Below, in pieces: positions 35,740 to 48,681 of a stretch of 64,000 bases of DNA. The notes under the pieces were generated by a model. It worked only from the letters and a program-made list of their open reading frames with translations, was not told the DNA's origin and made no database searches. The position numbers and the translations under genes were made by a program. How positions within the stretch are numbered: the first letter of the stretch is position 1; each line of letters opens with the position of its first letter. The stretch is from Dictyostelium discoideum (taxonomy: Eukaryota). Location: positions 6,880,001 to 6,944,000 of the forward strand of contig CM000151.3 of assembly GCA_000004695.1 (NCBI GenBank), in the 5' to 3' direction.

Positions 35740-38700
35740 TTATAATGATTGATTTCTTGATAAATATAATTCAATTTTAAATAATAAAGAACGTAATTTC
35801 TTTTGTTCAATTAAAGATGTACCACCATATTTTAAAGTTTCAGTTAAATCAAATAATGGAATTGGTAATTCTTTGATAGTATAATTTTGTTTTAATGAAT
35901 TCTTTAAATTTGCATAACCAATTGTACCAATTGAATTATTATCTAAAATTAGAGTAGAGATTGATTTATTTAAAATGATAGCTTTACTTAGAGCATTAGC
36001 ACCGAAATTTGAGAATTGATGATTTGAGATATCCAATTTCTTTAAACGAGTATTTAAATTTGCAGCCAATGATAATAACAAAGGTACAATACAACGTTGT
36101 AATTGTTGATTTGATTTTTGACCACCTCTCATTAACAATGTTTCCAATGATGAACTTGAATTAATGAAAGATGACAAAGCAGAGATTGCCTTACTTCTTT
36201 GAGCACCGGCACTACCTCTAAAACAACCATTTATATTTAAACTTGTAATTATTTGATTACCATATAATGAACGACAAAGTTCTTTAATACCACCATCGGT
36301 TAAATCATTATCAGAAAAATCGATTTCCTTAATTAAATTAAAAGCATTCATTGAGATCATATTTGTAATCAATGGTCTTTGAATTGAATTTTCTGATATT
36401 ATTAAATTTGAAAATAATTCATTTTTATTATTATTATTATTATTAGCACCACACAAAAATGATAAAATCTCTTTAATTGAATCTGATGGTATCATTGTTT
36501 TATTTAATGATAGGGTTAATAAATTTGGTAAATTTGATAAACAGTTTGAAAGTGATTGTGTATCCTCTTTTGAACGAAATAAATTTCTATTTAAATTTAA
36601 ATTCTCTAAACAAGATGATTGATCATTAAATTGAAAGAATTTAATTTTTAATAAAGTTTCAGATAAATCTAAATTTTTCAAAGATTTACCTTCATTAGTT
36701 AACCATTTCGATAATTCCATAGCTTGGTCATTGATTTTATTATTTGAAATATTTAAACTTGTTAAAGAATTTAAATTACCTCTTCTAAGTGAATCTATGA
36801 ATGGTTTAATATGTGATTCTTTAATTCCAATAGATTGACAATTCAAATGAATCAAACCATTGGTATTACCATATTGAAGATATGAAAAGAAAGAATTTAA
36901 TGATTTATCATCCAATTGATTATTACTAATATCTAATAAAGTCAATTTCAAAGATTTCTGTGACTGAATCGTATCGAATAATGTCATCATAAATTCCTTT
37001 GGTAATGATAAATTTGAGAGAATTAATTTATTGATTGTTGAATTTGATGATAACATTGAGCCAATTTCATTTAATAAATCTTTATTATCCAATTTATATT
37101 CTTTAATGATGAATTCTTCAAAGAACCAATCGTAACGTAATGAATGAATTAATGGTATCAATTCTTGATTGGTTGGTAGGTCACGTGTATGTTTAGTGAA
37201 AACTTTCAAATTGAATACTTTATATTTTGGATCTTTAAATGCATGTTCGATATACCAAGCTATGGTTTGTTTAATTGGTATGGAATAGTAGGAGCAAAGG
37301 CATTTGTATGCACCCACCATTGCCGAGGTTGGCGTATGGTCAGGTGGTGACATTGCCTCCAAACGAGATGATGGTTGAATCTTTAATTTCATTTTCAAAG
37401 CATATGGCCAATTGTAAAGACAATACTCATAGATACGACGAATACATGTGATGGTATGATCACATTCCTCAGTGGTTGCATGAATACGATGACCCTTGAA
37501 AATCAATTCATATTGTTGATTATTTTGTGATACAATCTCTTGTAAATCCAATATATGGCCGTCTCTTGCCAATTTACCATTCATTTTAAATGTTACAATT
37601 CTATAGATACCAACTACCAATATTCTCTTTACAAAACCTTTCTTTCCATTCTTTTGAATATAACCAATGTATGAGATTTCCTCATTCTTTGAATCCATAT
37701 AAGATTTAACAGATTTAATCTCTGATGGTGTTGTTAACAATTGATAGGATACACGATAGTTATAATCTGCTAATAAATCCATCAACTTTTCAAATTCAGA
37801 TGCTGCTTCCATAGATTGATACATTTGACGTATTGTTGATTTCTCATTACAAAGTATACGATGAAGGAAATGTAATTGGCTCATTGGAGCTTCATTGGTA
37901 TATTGATAAGATTGTGTAGAGAACCTAGCTGATAATACAGATTTAAAATATTGACTCTCTTTAAAAGTTTGTTTTATTTTTTGTTTACATTGTAACAATG
38001 ATTGATTACAATCGAATACTTCTTGATATTCATCAGATGAATAAGTTGTAATACAAGTTGACAAGTATCTTGCAAGTATTGATAAATTGGATGTTGATCT
38101 ACTATTTAAATGAATTTGCGGTGGTATCAAGTCATAGAGTTGTGGTGAAATCAATGCTGGTACAAATAATTTATTAATCAAGAAATTGGAAACACCTTGA
38201 CCACCTTGATCATCTTGTGGCCATATTTCATGGAAAAACATTGCAATCACTTTAATCGACATTGGCATTTTATCCAATGATTCTTGACTAGTGATGATCT
38301 CACTCAATCGATTACTCCACACTATTAAATTACTAAATTCATTATGAATCACCACATTCTCTGAATTCTCTAAATCATATTTAAAATTTATTGCTTTATC
38401 TTGAACTAATTGTAATACAAATTGTCTCAATACATCCTTTATATATTGTTGACATGTTTTCTCCAAATAATTTGATATTAACAATGATGAAAATGAATAA
38501 TTTCTATTAATATTATTAACATCCTCTTTAATATCTGTATATATAAAATATCTTAATATTCTTAATGCATTATTACATCCAATTGAAAATGTAATAATTA
38601 ATTTTGACATTGATTCATATTGATCTTTTTCAATAAATTTATAAAATTCATGAATTATACTAAATTATTATTATTATTATTATTATTAAAAAATTAATAT

Positions 38701-38993
38701 AATATAAATTTTTTTTTTTTTTTTTAAAAATATACTTACTTAATTTGATTATTTACAATATGTTTAAATATTGAATCAATTGTTACAGCATCTTTTGTTG
38801 AATACATTAATGTTTCTGTTTTTTCTCTTTGACGTTGTTGAATTTCATCTTCTGTTAAAACCATACCATCCAATACAATATGATCTGATATTGGTTTATA
38901 AACTATGATTGTATTTGAACTTGCTTTTGAGGTTTGATTTTCATATGAAACCATAGCATTATATGCTGGTGATGTAGTTGATAATTCAATCAT
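35740..38993 (-). CDS. Ras GTPase-activating protein with a C-terminal leucine-rich-repeat region; complement(join(35740..38659,38740..38993))
   Basis: The RasGAP signature FLINKLFVPALISPQLYDL (FLR..PAI.SP type) follows the MPMSIKVIAMFFHEIW block. The C-terminal half holds many LxxLxLxxNxL repeats (LDISNNQLDDKSL, LNISNNKINDQAMEL, IDFSDNDLTDGGIKEL, LDISNHQFSNFGANAL). The N-terminal exon MIELSTTSPAYNAM... joins through GTAAGT...TTTAG in phase 2. The ORF-table start at 39014 is a TTG, so the first ATG at 38993 is used. Confidence 0.7.
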
Positions 38994-39052
38994 TTTAAAA
39001 AAGTAATACTTCAAAATGTATGAATTATAACAAAAAAATAAATAAAAAGAAT

Positions 39053-39091
<39 letters not shown>

Positions 39092-39394
39092 AAATATGAT
39101 CGAGTTTTTTTTTATTTTTTATTTTTTTTTTTATTTTTTTTTTTTTTTATTTTTTTTTTTTTTCAAATAATTTTGTTTTGTTTGGAACCCACCTATCCTC
39201 TCATAATAAAACGGGTTAAAATTTTATTTTACATTTTAAAATGCAATCACGACATAAAAAAAAAAAAAAAAAAAATATTCACAAATAATTTAAAAATAAA
39301 TTAAAAAAAAAAAGAGAATATATAATTAATTGTTTAGAAAAAAAGAAAAAAAAAAAAAAAGATAAAATTTTTTTTTTTTTTTTTTTTATTTTGT

Positions 39395-40610
39395 TTAACC
39401 AACAATTTCAAATTCTGAAATTGATAAAGCTAAAGATCTTTGATTCTCTAATTCTGAAGTTATTGGTTGTTCAACTATTATATTTAAATTATTATCATCA
39501 TCATTATTCTTATTACTACTAAATAATGAATCCCATTTAAAAAATGACCAATATGAACTTTTATTATTGTTATTATTATTATTACTATTTACATTTACAT
39601 TTATTATATCATTTTCATTAATAAGATACTTTGGTTGTTGTTGTAGTTGTTGTTGTTGTAGTTGCAGTTGTTGTTGCAGTTGTTGTTCGATTAATTTATT
39701 TTTTTTACCAATAAAACCACCATGTAATGATTGAAAATCGGTTAATAATTTTAAAATATTTTGATTTTTAGTTCTACTGATTGTATGTTGTGAAAAACCT
39801 TCAGTTCTATTTTGACAAAGAAATTTTACAATTTCATAATGACCATTTTCAACAGCCATTGAAATTGCATTTTTTGTACAACCCTCTGCTCTATTCTCAT
39901 GTAAAAACTTAACTACTTCTAAATGACCATATTGGGCTGACAAATCCATTGCATTAACAGTTGCACCTTCTTTTCTATTTTCATGTAAAAATTTTAAAAT
40001 CTCTAAATCACCATGACGTGCACTTAAATCAATTGATGATGTTGATGCATATCCTCTTTTATTATTATTATTATCATTGTTTTTAATTTTATTATTACTA
40101 TTTTCAATTTCATGTAAATATTTAACTTTTTCAAGGTCTCTTGAATCTACTGCATTGTCCAACACGAAAAACATTTTCTCCATTTCATCTCTTTTTAATG
40201 TGAATAATATTTTAAATAATTCACTATTATCTTTAAAACTAATCATTTTAAATATTAATCTATATGAACGAGTTGAAAAATCTAATTTAATTGTTGAATT
40301 ATTATTATTATAGTTTTTAAAAACTTTATCTTTTAATAATCCAATATTTTCACTTAAAATCATTGATTCAACAGATGTATAATCTTGATATTTCTTAAAT
40401 TGATAATTTCTATCAATGAATGTTATTTTATCTTTTTCCAAATTAATTTTATTGATTTCTTCTATTTTATTAATATTGCTTCTAGATTTCTTATTTTTAA
40501 TAGTCGATAATAAACAATTCCAATTTGAATTTTCACTTTTTAAAAATGTTGATATTATATTCCATAAATATTTATTACGAAAAACATAATAAAATAAATA
40601 ATCATTTGTA

Positions 40611-40669
<59 letters not shown>

Positions 40670-40681
40670 GATCATTGTCAT
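39395..40681 (-). CDS. ankyrin-repeat-containing protein, 428 aa, with a poly-N N-terminus and a poly-Q segment; single exon
   Basis: It has at least three ~33-aa repeats: HGDLEILKFLHENRKEGATVNAMDLSAQYG / HLEVVKFLHENRAEGCTKNAISMAVENG / HYEIVKFLCQNRTEGFSQHTIS. Confidence 0.7.
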
Positions 40682-40699
40682 ATTATAATAATAATAAAG

Positions 40700-40732
<33 letters not shown>

Positions 40733-40875
40733 TTTTTAAAATAAAAAAAATAACTATATTTTAAAAAAAACTATAAAGTAAATTATTTATTATTTTTTAT
40801 TTATTTTTTTAATAATTTATTATAAATGAGTTGTTTTTTTTTTTTATACATTTTTTTTCTGATTTATTTTTAATT

Positions 40876-40921
<46 letters not shown>

Positions 40922-41073
40922 AAAATTTTTAGATTAACCAGAATGTGGTGGTTTGCACCACACCTCAAAAACAGCTGTGCAAATAAATGTGTTAAATAAT
41001 TAATAGAGAAAAATAAATTTGACTCATCTATTTTTTATTTAAATTAAAGGTAAGAATAAATAAATAAATAAAT

Positions 41074-41114
<41 letters not shown>

Positions 41115-41389
41115 TATTTGGTATATTCTAGTTGATTTTTCTTTTTTTTTTTTTTTTTTTCTATTATTTGGTGTATGGAAAAAAAAAAAATCATATCCAG
41201 ATTTTTTTTTTTTTTTCTAATAAAAATATTTTTTGATCAGTAGATTTCTTTTTTTTTTCTTTCCTTTCGGAGTTTTTACTTTTTTTTATTTTTTTTTATT
41301 TTTTTTTTTTTTTTTTTATATTTTTTTTTTTTATTTTTTTTTTTTATTTTCTATATTTTATATTTGTTTCATTAATCTTTGTATTATTT

Positions 41390-43158
41390 CTTAATTTGGA
41401 TTTATCTAAAAAATGAGTCGTCGTATGGGAGGAGGTATGCCAAAGATAAACTTATGTTTGTATCAAAGAATTATTGTAAAAAAAATAAAAAAAAATAAAT
41501 AAATAAAATTAATTAATAAATTAATTATTTACTTTAAAATTTTTTAGCTGGCGCTATTCCAAATAATAATACATCAACACCATCAACACCAACTTTAAGA
41601 AGTTCAGTATCTGTATCATCAAGCAACAGCAGAGGTTTATTTTTAGCCTAGATTTTTTTTTAAAAAAAAAAAAAAGTAAAATAAAATAGTCACTTGACTG
41701 TTCACACAAGCTTTATTTTTCTTTATTTTTCTTTATTTTTCATTATTTCCTCATTTTTAAATTACAACAACTATATATTTTTTTTTTTTTTTTAAAATTC
41801 CTTTTTCCTAAAGCCAATGGTTATTTTTTTTTTCTGATGTAAAAGTTTTTTTTTGAACCTTTCTTGTTTGAAACGGTGAATTGATTTTTTTAATTTTTTT
41901 TTTTAATTTTATTTTTTTTTTACAAAAATATCTTTTATTATTCTTTTTTTCACTAAAATCAATTTAACCACTTTTTTTTAAATATCAATAATCATGTAAA
42001 GTTTATCATCTCTATTTAAAACAGGTAATGGTGATAACAAACTAGGAGCAGGTATGATTGTTTATTTATTTTTTATTTTATTTTTTTTATTATTTTATTG
42101 ATAAACATATAGGAAAAAAAACAATGATTAAAATTCCAACAGGAAGAAAAAATAAACAATCAGGTAAGATTTATTTTATTAATTTTAAATTTTTTTTTTT
42201 TATAAAAATATTAATTTGGATTTGTATTCAAATTAGTTACAAATGGTCAAGTTATAAATAATGTTTGTAGACGCAACAAGCTCGCCAACAGGGGGATATC
42301 ACAAACTTGGATTATCTATTTGGAAATCAAAATTCATTTTTAAAATATATTCAAAAAATGAAATTGCATGGTGGAAGATGTAAAATATTGGATAAGAATT
42401 TTTCTAATAATATTTTTTAATATTTATCCCAACAGATTTCTTTTTTTTTTTTTTCCATATTGTTTTAGTTTCATTAATCTTTGTAATATTTCTTTATTTG
42501 CATTTACCAAAAAAATGATTCATGGTGTGGAGGGGGAATGCCCAAAGATTAACTTAAGTTTGTATCAAAGAATAATTTTTTAAAAAAAAAAAAAAAAAAA
42601 AAATTATCCACTGTAAAAATTTTTAGCTGGCGCTGTTACAATTAATAAACACTACTTTAAATTCAGTATCTGTATCATTAAGCAACAGCAGAGGTTTTTT
42701 AACTTTTTTTTTTATTGTTTTTTATTTTTAGCCTAGATTTTTTAAAAAAAAAAGTAAAAAAAAAAAATAAAAAATAGTTGTTCACAAACTTTATATTTCA
42801 TTATTTGAAAATGAAAACACCAACCTTATATGTATTTATTTTTTTTTTTTTTTTAAAAAAAAATTCCTTTTTTCTAAAGCTAATGGTTGGCTATTTTTTT
42901 TTTTTTTTTTATCTTGTTAAATAGATTTTTTTTTTGTTTTTTTTTGTTTTTTTTTGTTTTTTTTTTTTTTTTTTTTTTTTTTTTGATTAAAAATATCTTT
43001 TTTTTTTTGTTTTTTTTTTTTTTTTTAATATTTTTTTTTATTATTTTTTCACTAAAACCAATCCAATCACTTTTTTTAATATCAATAATTATGGAGAGTT
43101 TATCAAGTTTATCTAAAACCGGTAATGGTAATAACAAACTAGGAGGAGGTATGATTAT

Positions 43159-43196
<38 letters not shown>

Positions 43197-44751
43197 GTGA
43201 AACTAATAAAAAAAAAAAAAAAATTAAAGTAGGATATACATTTTTACAAAAACCACAAAATGTTTCATCACCTACAGCAAGACCCTCAACTCCTCAACCA
43301 GGTGCAGGGAAAGGTATATTTTTAGCATAATCAAATAAAAATAAACAGTCAAAATTTGGGCTATTCAATCCATTACTTTATTTTTTTTATTTTTTTTTTT
43401 TTTTTATTTTTATTTTTTTTTTTTTTTTTTTTGATTACCCCATTTGATTTCTTATTTTTTTCAAACTGCTCTTAAAAACCACACAACCCAAAACCTTTCG
43501 GCAAAATAAATTAAAAACAGTGTTTTTTTTTTTAAAAAGTTCTGTTTTGAAATGAAATCCAATTTTATTTTTTTATTTTTTTTGATATTATTTTGACCTT
43601 TGGATAAAATTTTTTATTTTTTTTTTTTTTTTTTTTATTTTTTTTTTTTTATTTTTTTTTTTTGTTTAATTTTTATTTTTTTTTTATTTTTTATTTTATT
43701 GTTAAAAGTATAGAAAAAAAAAAGGGATAGTGTTTGGTTAGGAGGAAAAAACAAACAATCAGGTAAGATTTATTTTTTTTTTTTTTTTTATTTTTTTTTA
43801 TTTTTTTATTTTTTTTTATTTTATTCTTAAACTTGTATTCAAATTAGTTGCAAATGGTCCAGGTAAAGCAATGTTTTTGGCACCAAATGCAACAAACTCA
43901 CCAACAGTGGGATATAGCCCAAGAATTTTAAGCTACACACCTGGATTCAAACCTTAAAAAAAATAAAAAAAAAAAAAAAAAAAAGATTTTTTAATTTAAA
44001 ATAAAATTAAACATATATAAACAATTGGGTATTTTTTTTTTTTTTTTAAAATTAAAGATATAATACTTTTTTCAACAATAACTTAATTTTGTTTGTTTTT
44101 TTTTTTAAAAAAAAAAAATTGATTATTTACTTTTTTATTTTTTTTTTTTTTGTTTTTTATTAAAAAAATAATATAACAAAATTAAATAAAGTAATTATAA
44201 CTAATAAATATTGTAAATAATTAGGTTTATTATTTATATCATTCTTTAACCAGGTGTGTATTTTTAGAAACCTGTAAATTTCCTGGTTCCCACACCATGA
44301 TAGATTTAAACTAAATTTGGGAAATAGAAAAATTGAAATTTAACGCAAATAAACAGATCAACTTTTTTATTTATTTTATTTTTTTTTTTTCAACCAACTT
44401 ACAATTTTTATAATTTTTTTTTTTTTTTTTTATTCACCCAATCATGATTACTTAAAACCTCGAAAAAAAAAACGGTATATTCCCAAATTTATTTTTTTAT
44501 TTTTTTTTTATTGTTTTTAAATTGTCTGTTTGGAAATGAAAAATCAATTTTTTTTAAAATAAAAAATAATTTAAACAATCAATTTTCAAATAATATTTTT
44601 TTTATTTTTTTTATTTTTTTTTTTTTTTTTTTTTTTTTTTGATATTTCTTGTACAAATGATATTTAATATATTTTTCTTTATCTTTCTTAATTATTTTAT
44701 TTTTTCCTAATCCAAGTGTCTGAAATATATTAAAAAAAATGAATCATGGGT

Positions 44752-44783
<32 letters not shown>

Positions 44784-45900
44784 TTGCCCCAATTTGATTC
44801 AGTTCTCCTTCATCTATTAAGTTTTGGTATTCAAAAACAAAGTTTTAAAGTATTAAAAGGAAATTTGAAAGTTTTTTTATTTCTTTCAAAATAAAATTAA
44901 TTTTTTAAAATTAAAATGGTTTTTTTTTTATAAAAAATTTTGTTTTGAACCGAAATCCAATTTTATTTTTTTATTTTTTTATTTTTTTATTATTTTTTGA
45001 TATTATTTTATTTTCGTGACTTTTGGATAAAAATTTTTTTTTTTTTTTTTTTTTTTCTTTCATTTTTAATTTTTTTTTTATTTTTAATCTTATAGGAAAA
45101 AACAATGATGATATTTGATTCTTTTTTAGGAGGAAAAAACAAACAAAGTAAGATTTATTTTTATTATTTTTTTTTAAATTTTTATTTTTTTTTATTTTTA
45201 TTTTTATATATATATATATTAATTTAAATTTGTTTTTAAATTAGCTCTAAGTGGTCCAGTTAAAACAACGTTTTTGGCACCAACCACAACAAGCTCACCA
45301 ACAGTGGGAATTGTAAATGGTACAGTTGGATTTAGACCTTAAAATAAAAAAAAAATAAAAAAAAAAAAAAAAAAACAAAAAAAAAATTTATTATTTAATT
45401 TAAAATAAATAAAAATTATAAAGCTTTTACTTTTTTGTTGAAAAAAAAAAAGAACAGTATCTTTAAAATTTTCTTCAACCAGATGTGTATTTTTAGAAAC
45501 CTTTAAATTTCCTGGTTCCCACACCATGGTAGATCTGTACAAAATTTGGAAAATGGAAAAATTAAAATTAAACACAAATAAAAAATGAATAAACAGCCAA
45601 TCTTTTTTATTGACTTAATTTTTATTTTTTTAAATTTTTTTTTTTTATTTTTGCTACCAACTGATAATTGTTTTAATTTAGTTTTTTTTAAATTTTTTTT
45701 TTTTTTTTTTTCATTCACCTCACCATGATTATTTAAAACCTCGAAAAAAAAAAAAAATGACTCTTCGGTATATTCTCAAATTTATTTTTTTATTGTTTTT
45801 AAATTGTCTGTTTAGAAACGAAAAATTAATTTTTAAAAACAATAAAAAAAAAAATCCAAGCAATCAGTTTTCGATTATAATTATTATTATTTTTTTATTT
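41390..45900 (+). repeat. tandem array of a repeated ~1.2 kb micro-exon gene unit, with about three copies in varying states of decay. Copy A is 41390-42345, copy B is 42465-44600 and copy C is 44690-45900. Each carries short exons plus conserved non-coding modules.
   Basis: Four shared modules were identified. The 5' module is 41390-41720 versus 42465-42790, and in the second copy the donor GGAGgtatgcc is mutated to GGGGgaatgcc. The MESLSSLSK exon module is 41990-42060 versus 43040-43150. The GGKNKQS micro-exon plus the terminal exon appear at 42100-42340, 43720-43960 and 45100-45345. Downstream non-coding modules are 43430-43610 versus 44790-45040, 44220-44340 versus 45450-45600, and 44430-44590 versus 45715-45880. 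Confidence 0.7.
43091..43957 (+). CDS. most intact member of the micro-exon family: a ~91-aa Gly/Ser/Pro/Thr-rich peptide; join(43091..43148,43229..43312,43742..43762,43848..43957)
   Basis: MESLSSLSKTGNGNNKLGG/G VGYTFLQKPQNVSSPTARPSTPQPGAGK/G GGKNKQS/G VANGPGKAMFLAPNATNSPTVGYSPRILSYTPGFKP*. All three introns are phase 1 and each splits a G codon (G|gtatg..., G|gtaag...). There is a 21-nt micro-exon. There is no signal peptide and no Cys. Alternative acceptors are possible. Confidence 0.35.
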
Positions 45901-46041
45901 TTTTTTTGAAATTTTTTGAAAATGACGTTTAAAATGTTTTTTATTTAAAGAATTGTTTTTTTTTTTTTTCTTTTTATTTTTATTTTTCTTTATTTTTTAA
46001 ATCATTTTTTTCTAGGCAAGTGTTTGAAATATTTTCAAAAA

Positions 46042-46243
46042 ATGCAATTACATAGTGGAAGAAATAAAACTTTGGGTAAGAATTTTTTTTTTTTTTTTTT
46101 TTTTTTTTTATTATTTCTTTTAAAATTAACATTCTAATAACCTATTAGCATCAGATTTCACTGCTAGTGGGATGTATCTTATTTCAAGACCAAAAGGTAC
46201 AGTAGGACCTCCAATTTTTAGCAACTATTCTTTTAGTTATTAA
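46042..46243 (+). CDS. second type of small two-exon ORF, 42 aa: MQLHSGRNKTLG/ASDFTASGMYLISRPKGTVGPPIFSNYSFSY; join(46042..46075,46149..46243). A decayed copy of its first exon sits at 42361-42405.
   Basis: AAAAATGCAATTACATAGTGGAAGAAATAAAACTTTGGgtaagaat compares with AAAAATGAAATTGCATGGTGGAAGATGTAAAATATTGGataagaat at 42355, where the donor is lost. The intron is phase 1. Confidence 0.25.
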
Positions 46244-47823
46244 AAACTATTCCAATCAATCAAAAAATCCTTTTTTTAAAAATTGTTAAAAGACTTAAAA
46301 AATTAAAATATTTTAATATTTTTATTAAATTAATTAGTATTCTATTTTTAACAATAGTGTATTTTTTTTTGTTCTTTTTATTTTTTTTTTTTTTTTTTTT
46401 TTTTATTTTTTTTTTTTTTTTGAACACCAGGTCGAGTTTGATTTTTAGTGGAGTTACTTTTTTTTTTAACATATCAGATTAAGATATTATCATTTTTCCA
46501 GAATTTTTAGTAGTGTTATTTTTTTCAGCATTTTTTGGCCATTGGAGAAGAGCACATTAATTCGGACAATGCTCAAATTAATTTGTATTTGTTTTATTTT
46601 CCAACCATCCTCTAATTTGAGTAGGGCAGATTTATTTTCAATCTAGAGTTTGAATGGGTTTAAACTGGATGACCATTAAACATATAGTTAAATTCCATTT
46701 ATAACTGGAAATTTTAGTTGATTTTTATGGGTTTCTTAAAAAAAAAAAAAAAAATTTTAAAAAACAAAATAAACAAATAAAAAATAAATTCAAATCCAAC
46801 TTAATTATTTTTAACTAAATTAATAAAAATGAATTTAAATAAATTGGGTCTCATAATTTTATGATTTACTATTATTTATATTATTATATCTATTCATATC
46901 TTTTTTTTAAATAAAATTATCTATTTAATTTTTATCTAATTAAATTTTCAGGTGTTATTGTTCGGGTTCAAAAATCAAAAAGTAAATATAATAAAATAAT
47001 TGGAAAAAAAAAAAAAAAAATTATAAATCAGGTTTTCTTGGAGATACTCATTTTCATTAGTTGGATGGGGTTATTATTATTTTTTTATTTCTCAGCTTTA
47101 TTTGTTCAATTTTTAATATATTGTTGCAATCAATCCATATAACCATTTATTTCAACTGCATCACAGGCAATACATAGTTGAAAAATATAATATGATGTGT
47201 TTAAATATTTTTTTTTTTTTTTCACATTAATATTTTCTTTTAAAAATAATTAAATAAAAAACTATTTTTTATACCTTAGTAGAAGTTCAAATAATTTTTT
47301 TTTTTAATGTCCATGGTTTGGGTGATATAAATTTTGGAAATAATGTATGATTTTAGGTAAGGATGAAAAGGCAAATAATCAAGTAATTTATTATTTTTTT
47401 TAAAAAATTTAATTTATTTTTTTCCAAAAATTGGCTAGCAACGATATTAAAAAAAAAAATAAAAAAAAAATAAAAAAAAAAAAAAAAATAAAAAAAAAAG
47501 ATCAGTTTCAATTGTTTAAAATATCTTAACAAAAAAAGGTGGGAAAAATTTTAAAGTGGAAAAAAAATTTTATAATAAAAAAAAACCCTTTTCTAAAATA
47601 TCTTTTTTTTTTTTTTCATAATTAAGTTTTTTAAGTGGTATTGCAATTAAAGATTGAATAATAATGCTTTTTGTTATTAATTTTTTTTTCGAGTTCAATG
47701 ATTTTTTTGCAAACATCAATCAATGGAATTCGGTTTTCTTTATTATTATTATTATTTTTTTTTTTTTTATTAATCTTTTTTTTTTTTAATTTTTTTTTTT
47801 TCTAAGTTTTTTTTTTTTTTTAT

Positions 47824-47854
<31 letters not shown>

Positions 47855-47900
47855 ATTATTAGTTAATTATTCCTTAATAAATAAAACAAGTCTTAAAAAA

Positions 47901-48681
47901 ATGAATAAAATTTTATCATTATTTTTAATAACCATATTATTAATTTCAAAAGTTATGTCATCAAGCGAAGAATGTAAACTTTGTACTGATTTTATGTATG
48001 ACTCATTAAATGAACTTATTGAAATTGCCATTAGTATGTTTATAAATATATAAATTAATTATTTAATTCCCTATTTATTTTTTTTATTTACTAATTTAAA
48101 TTTTTTTTTTTTAATAATAAATAAAATAATAATATTAAATTTTAGATGGTGGAGTTATTGGTAGTTGTGGTGCTCTTTGTAATAAATTAGGTATTGCTCC
48201 TTTATGTATGGTATGTGCTATTGCCTGTGATGCAGTTGGAATTAATGGTTTTATGGATTTATTACAAGATGTTTTCCCAGATCCAATTTACATTTGTGAA
48301 AGTGTTAAAATGTGTCAATACAATGATAAAGCAAATGCAACTATTACTGAAGTTGTAATTAATCCAATGAGTGGAAATGTAGGTGACACTTTCAAAATTG
48401 GTGTATCATTTAATGTAACCAACACTATTGCAACTGGAGAAATTTTATGGAATGTTGTTGACCCAAGAGGTTTCCAATTTGGTGAAACTGAAGTTATAAT
48501 TGATGCTGCTCCTTCAATTTACGGTGCCGCTTTCAGTTTCCAAGCAACTCCTTCTGAACAAGAAGAATTCCCACCAGGTGAATACCAATTACAAATGCAA
48601 ATTTGTGAAGGTACCTGCGGTTCACCACATCCACATTCTTATATTTTATCAAATCAATATTTAAATTTCACCATTATATAA
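47901..48681 (+). CDS. secreted saposin-like (SAPLIP/amoebapore-like, countin-like) domain protein; join(47901..48033,48146..48681)
   Basis: MNKILSLFLITILLISKVMS is a signal peptide. It is followed by CKLCTDFMYDSLNELIEIAIS/NGGVIGSCGALCNKLGIAPLCMVCAIACDAVGINGFMDLLQDVFPDPIYICESVKMC, which has the six-Cys saposin-like spacing. A ~110-aa C-terminal domain with an additional CEGTC follows. The intron runs GTATGT to ATTTTAG. Confidence 0.65.

Noticed and set aside
40935-40980. Short hairpin CCAGAATGTGGTGGTTTGCACCACACCTC (6-bp stem GTGGTG/CACCAC)
   Set aside because: It is too short and isolated to call an RNA gene or terminator. It lies 250 bp upstream of the ankyrin gene start and is of unknown relevance.
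42880-43330. ORFs 42880..43137(-) and 42887..43330(+), 85-147 aa, poly-K / poly-F
   Set aside because: They are homopolymer T/A run translations crossing the micro-exon unit. The real coding signal is the short spliced exons.
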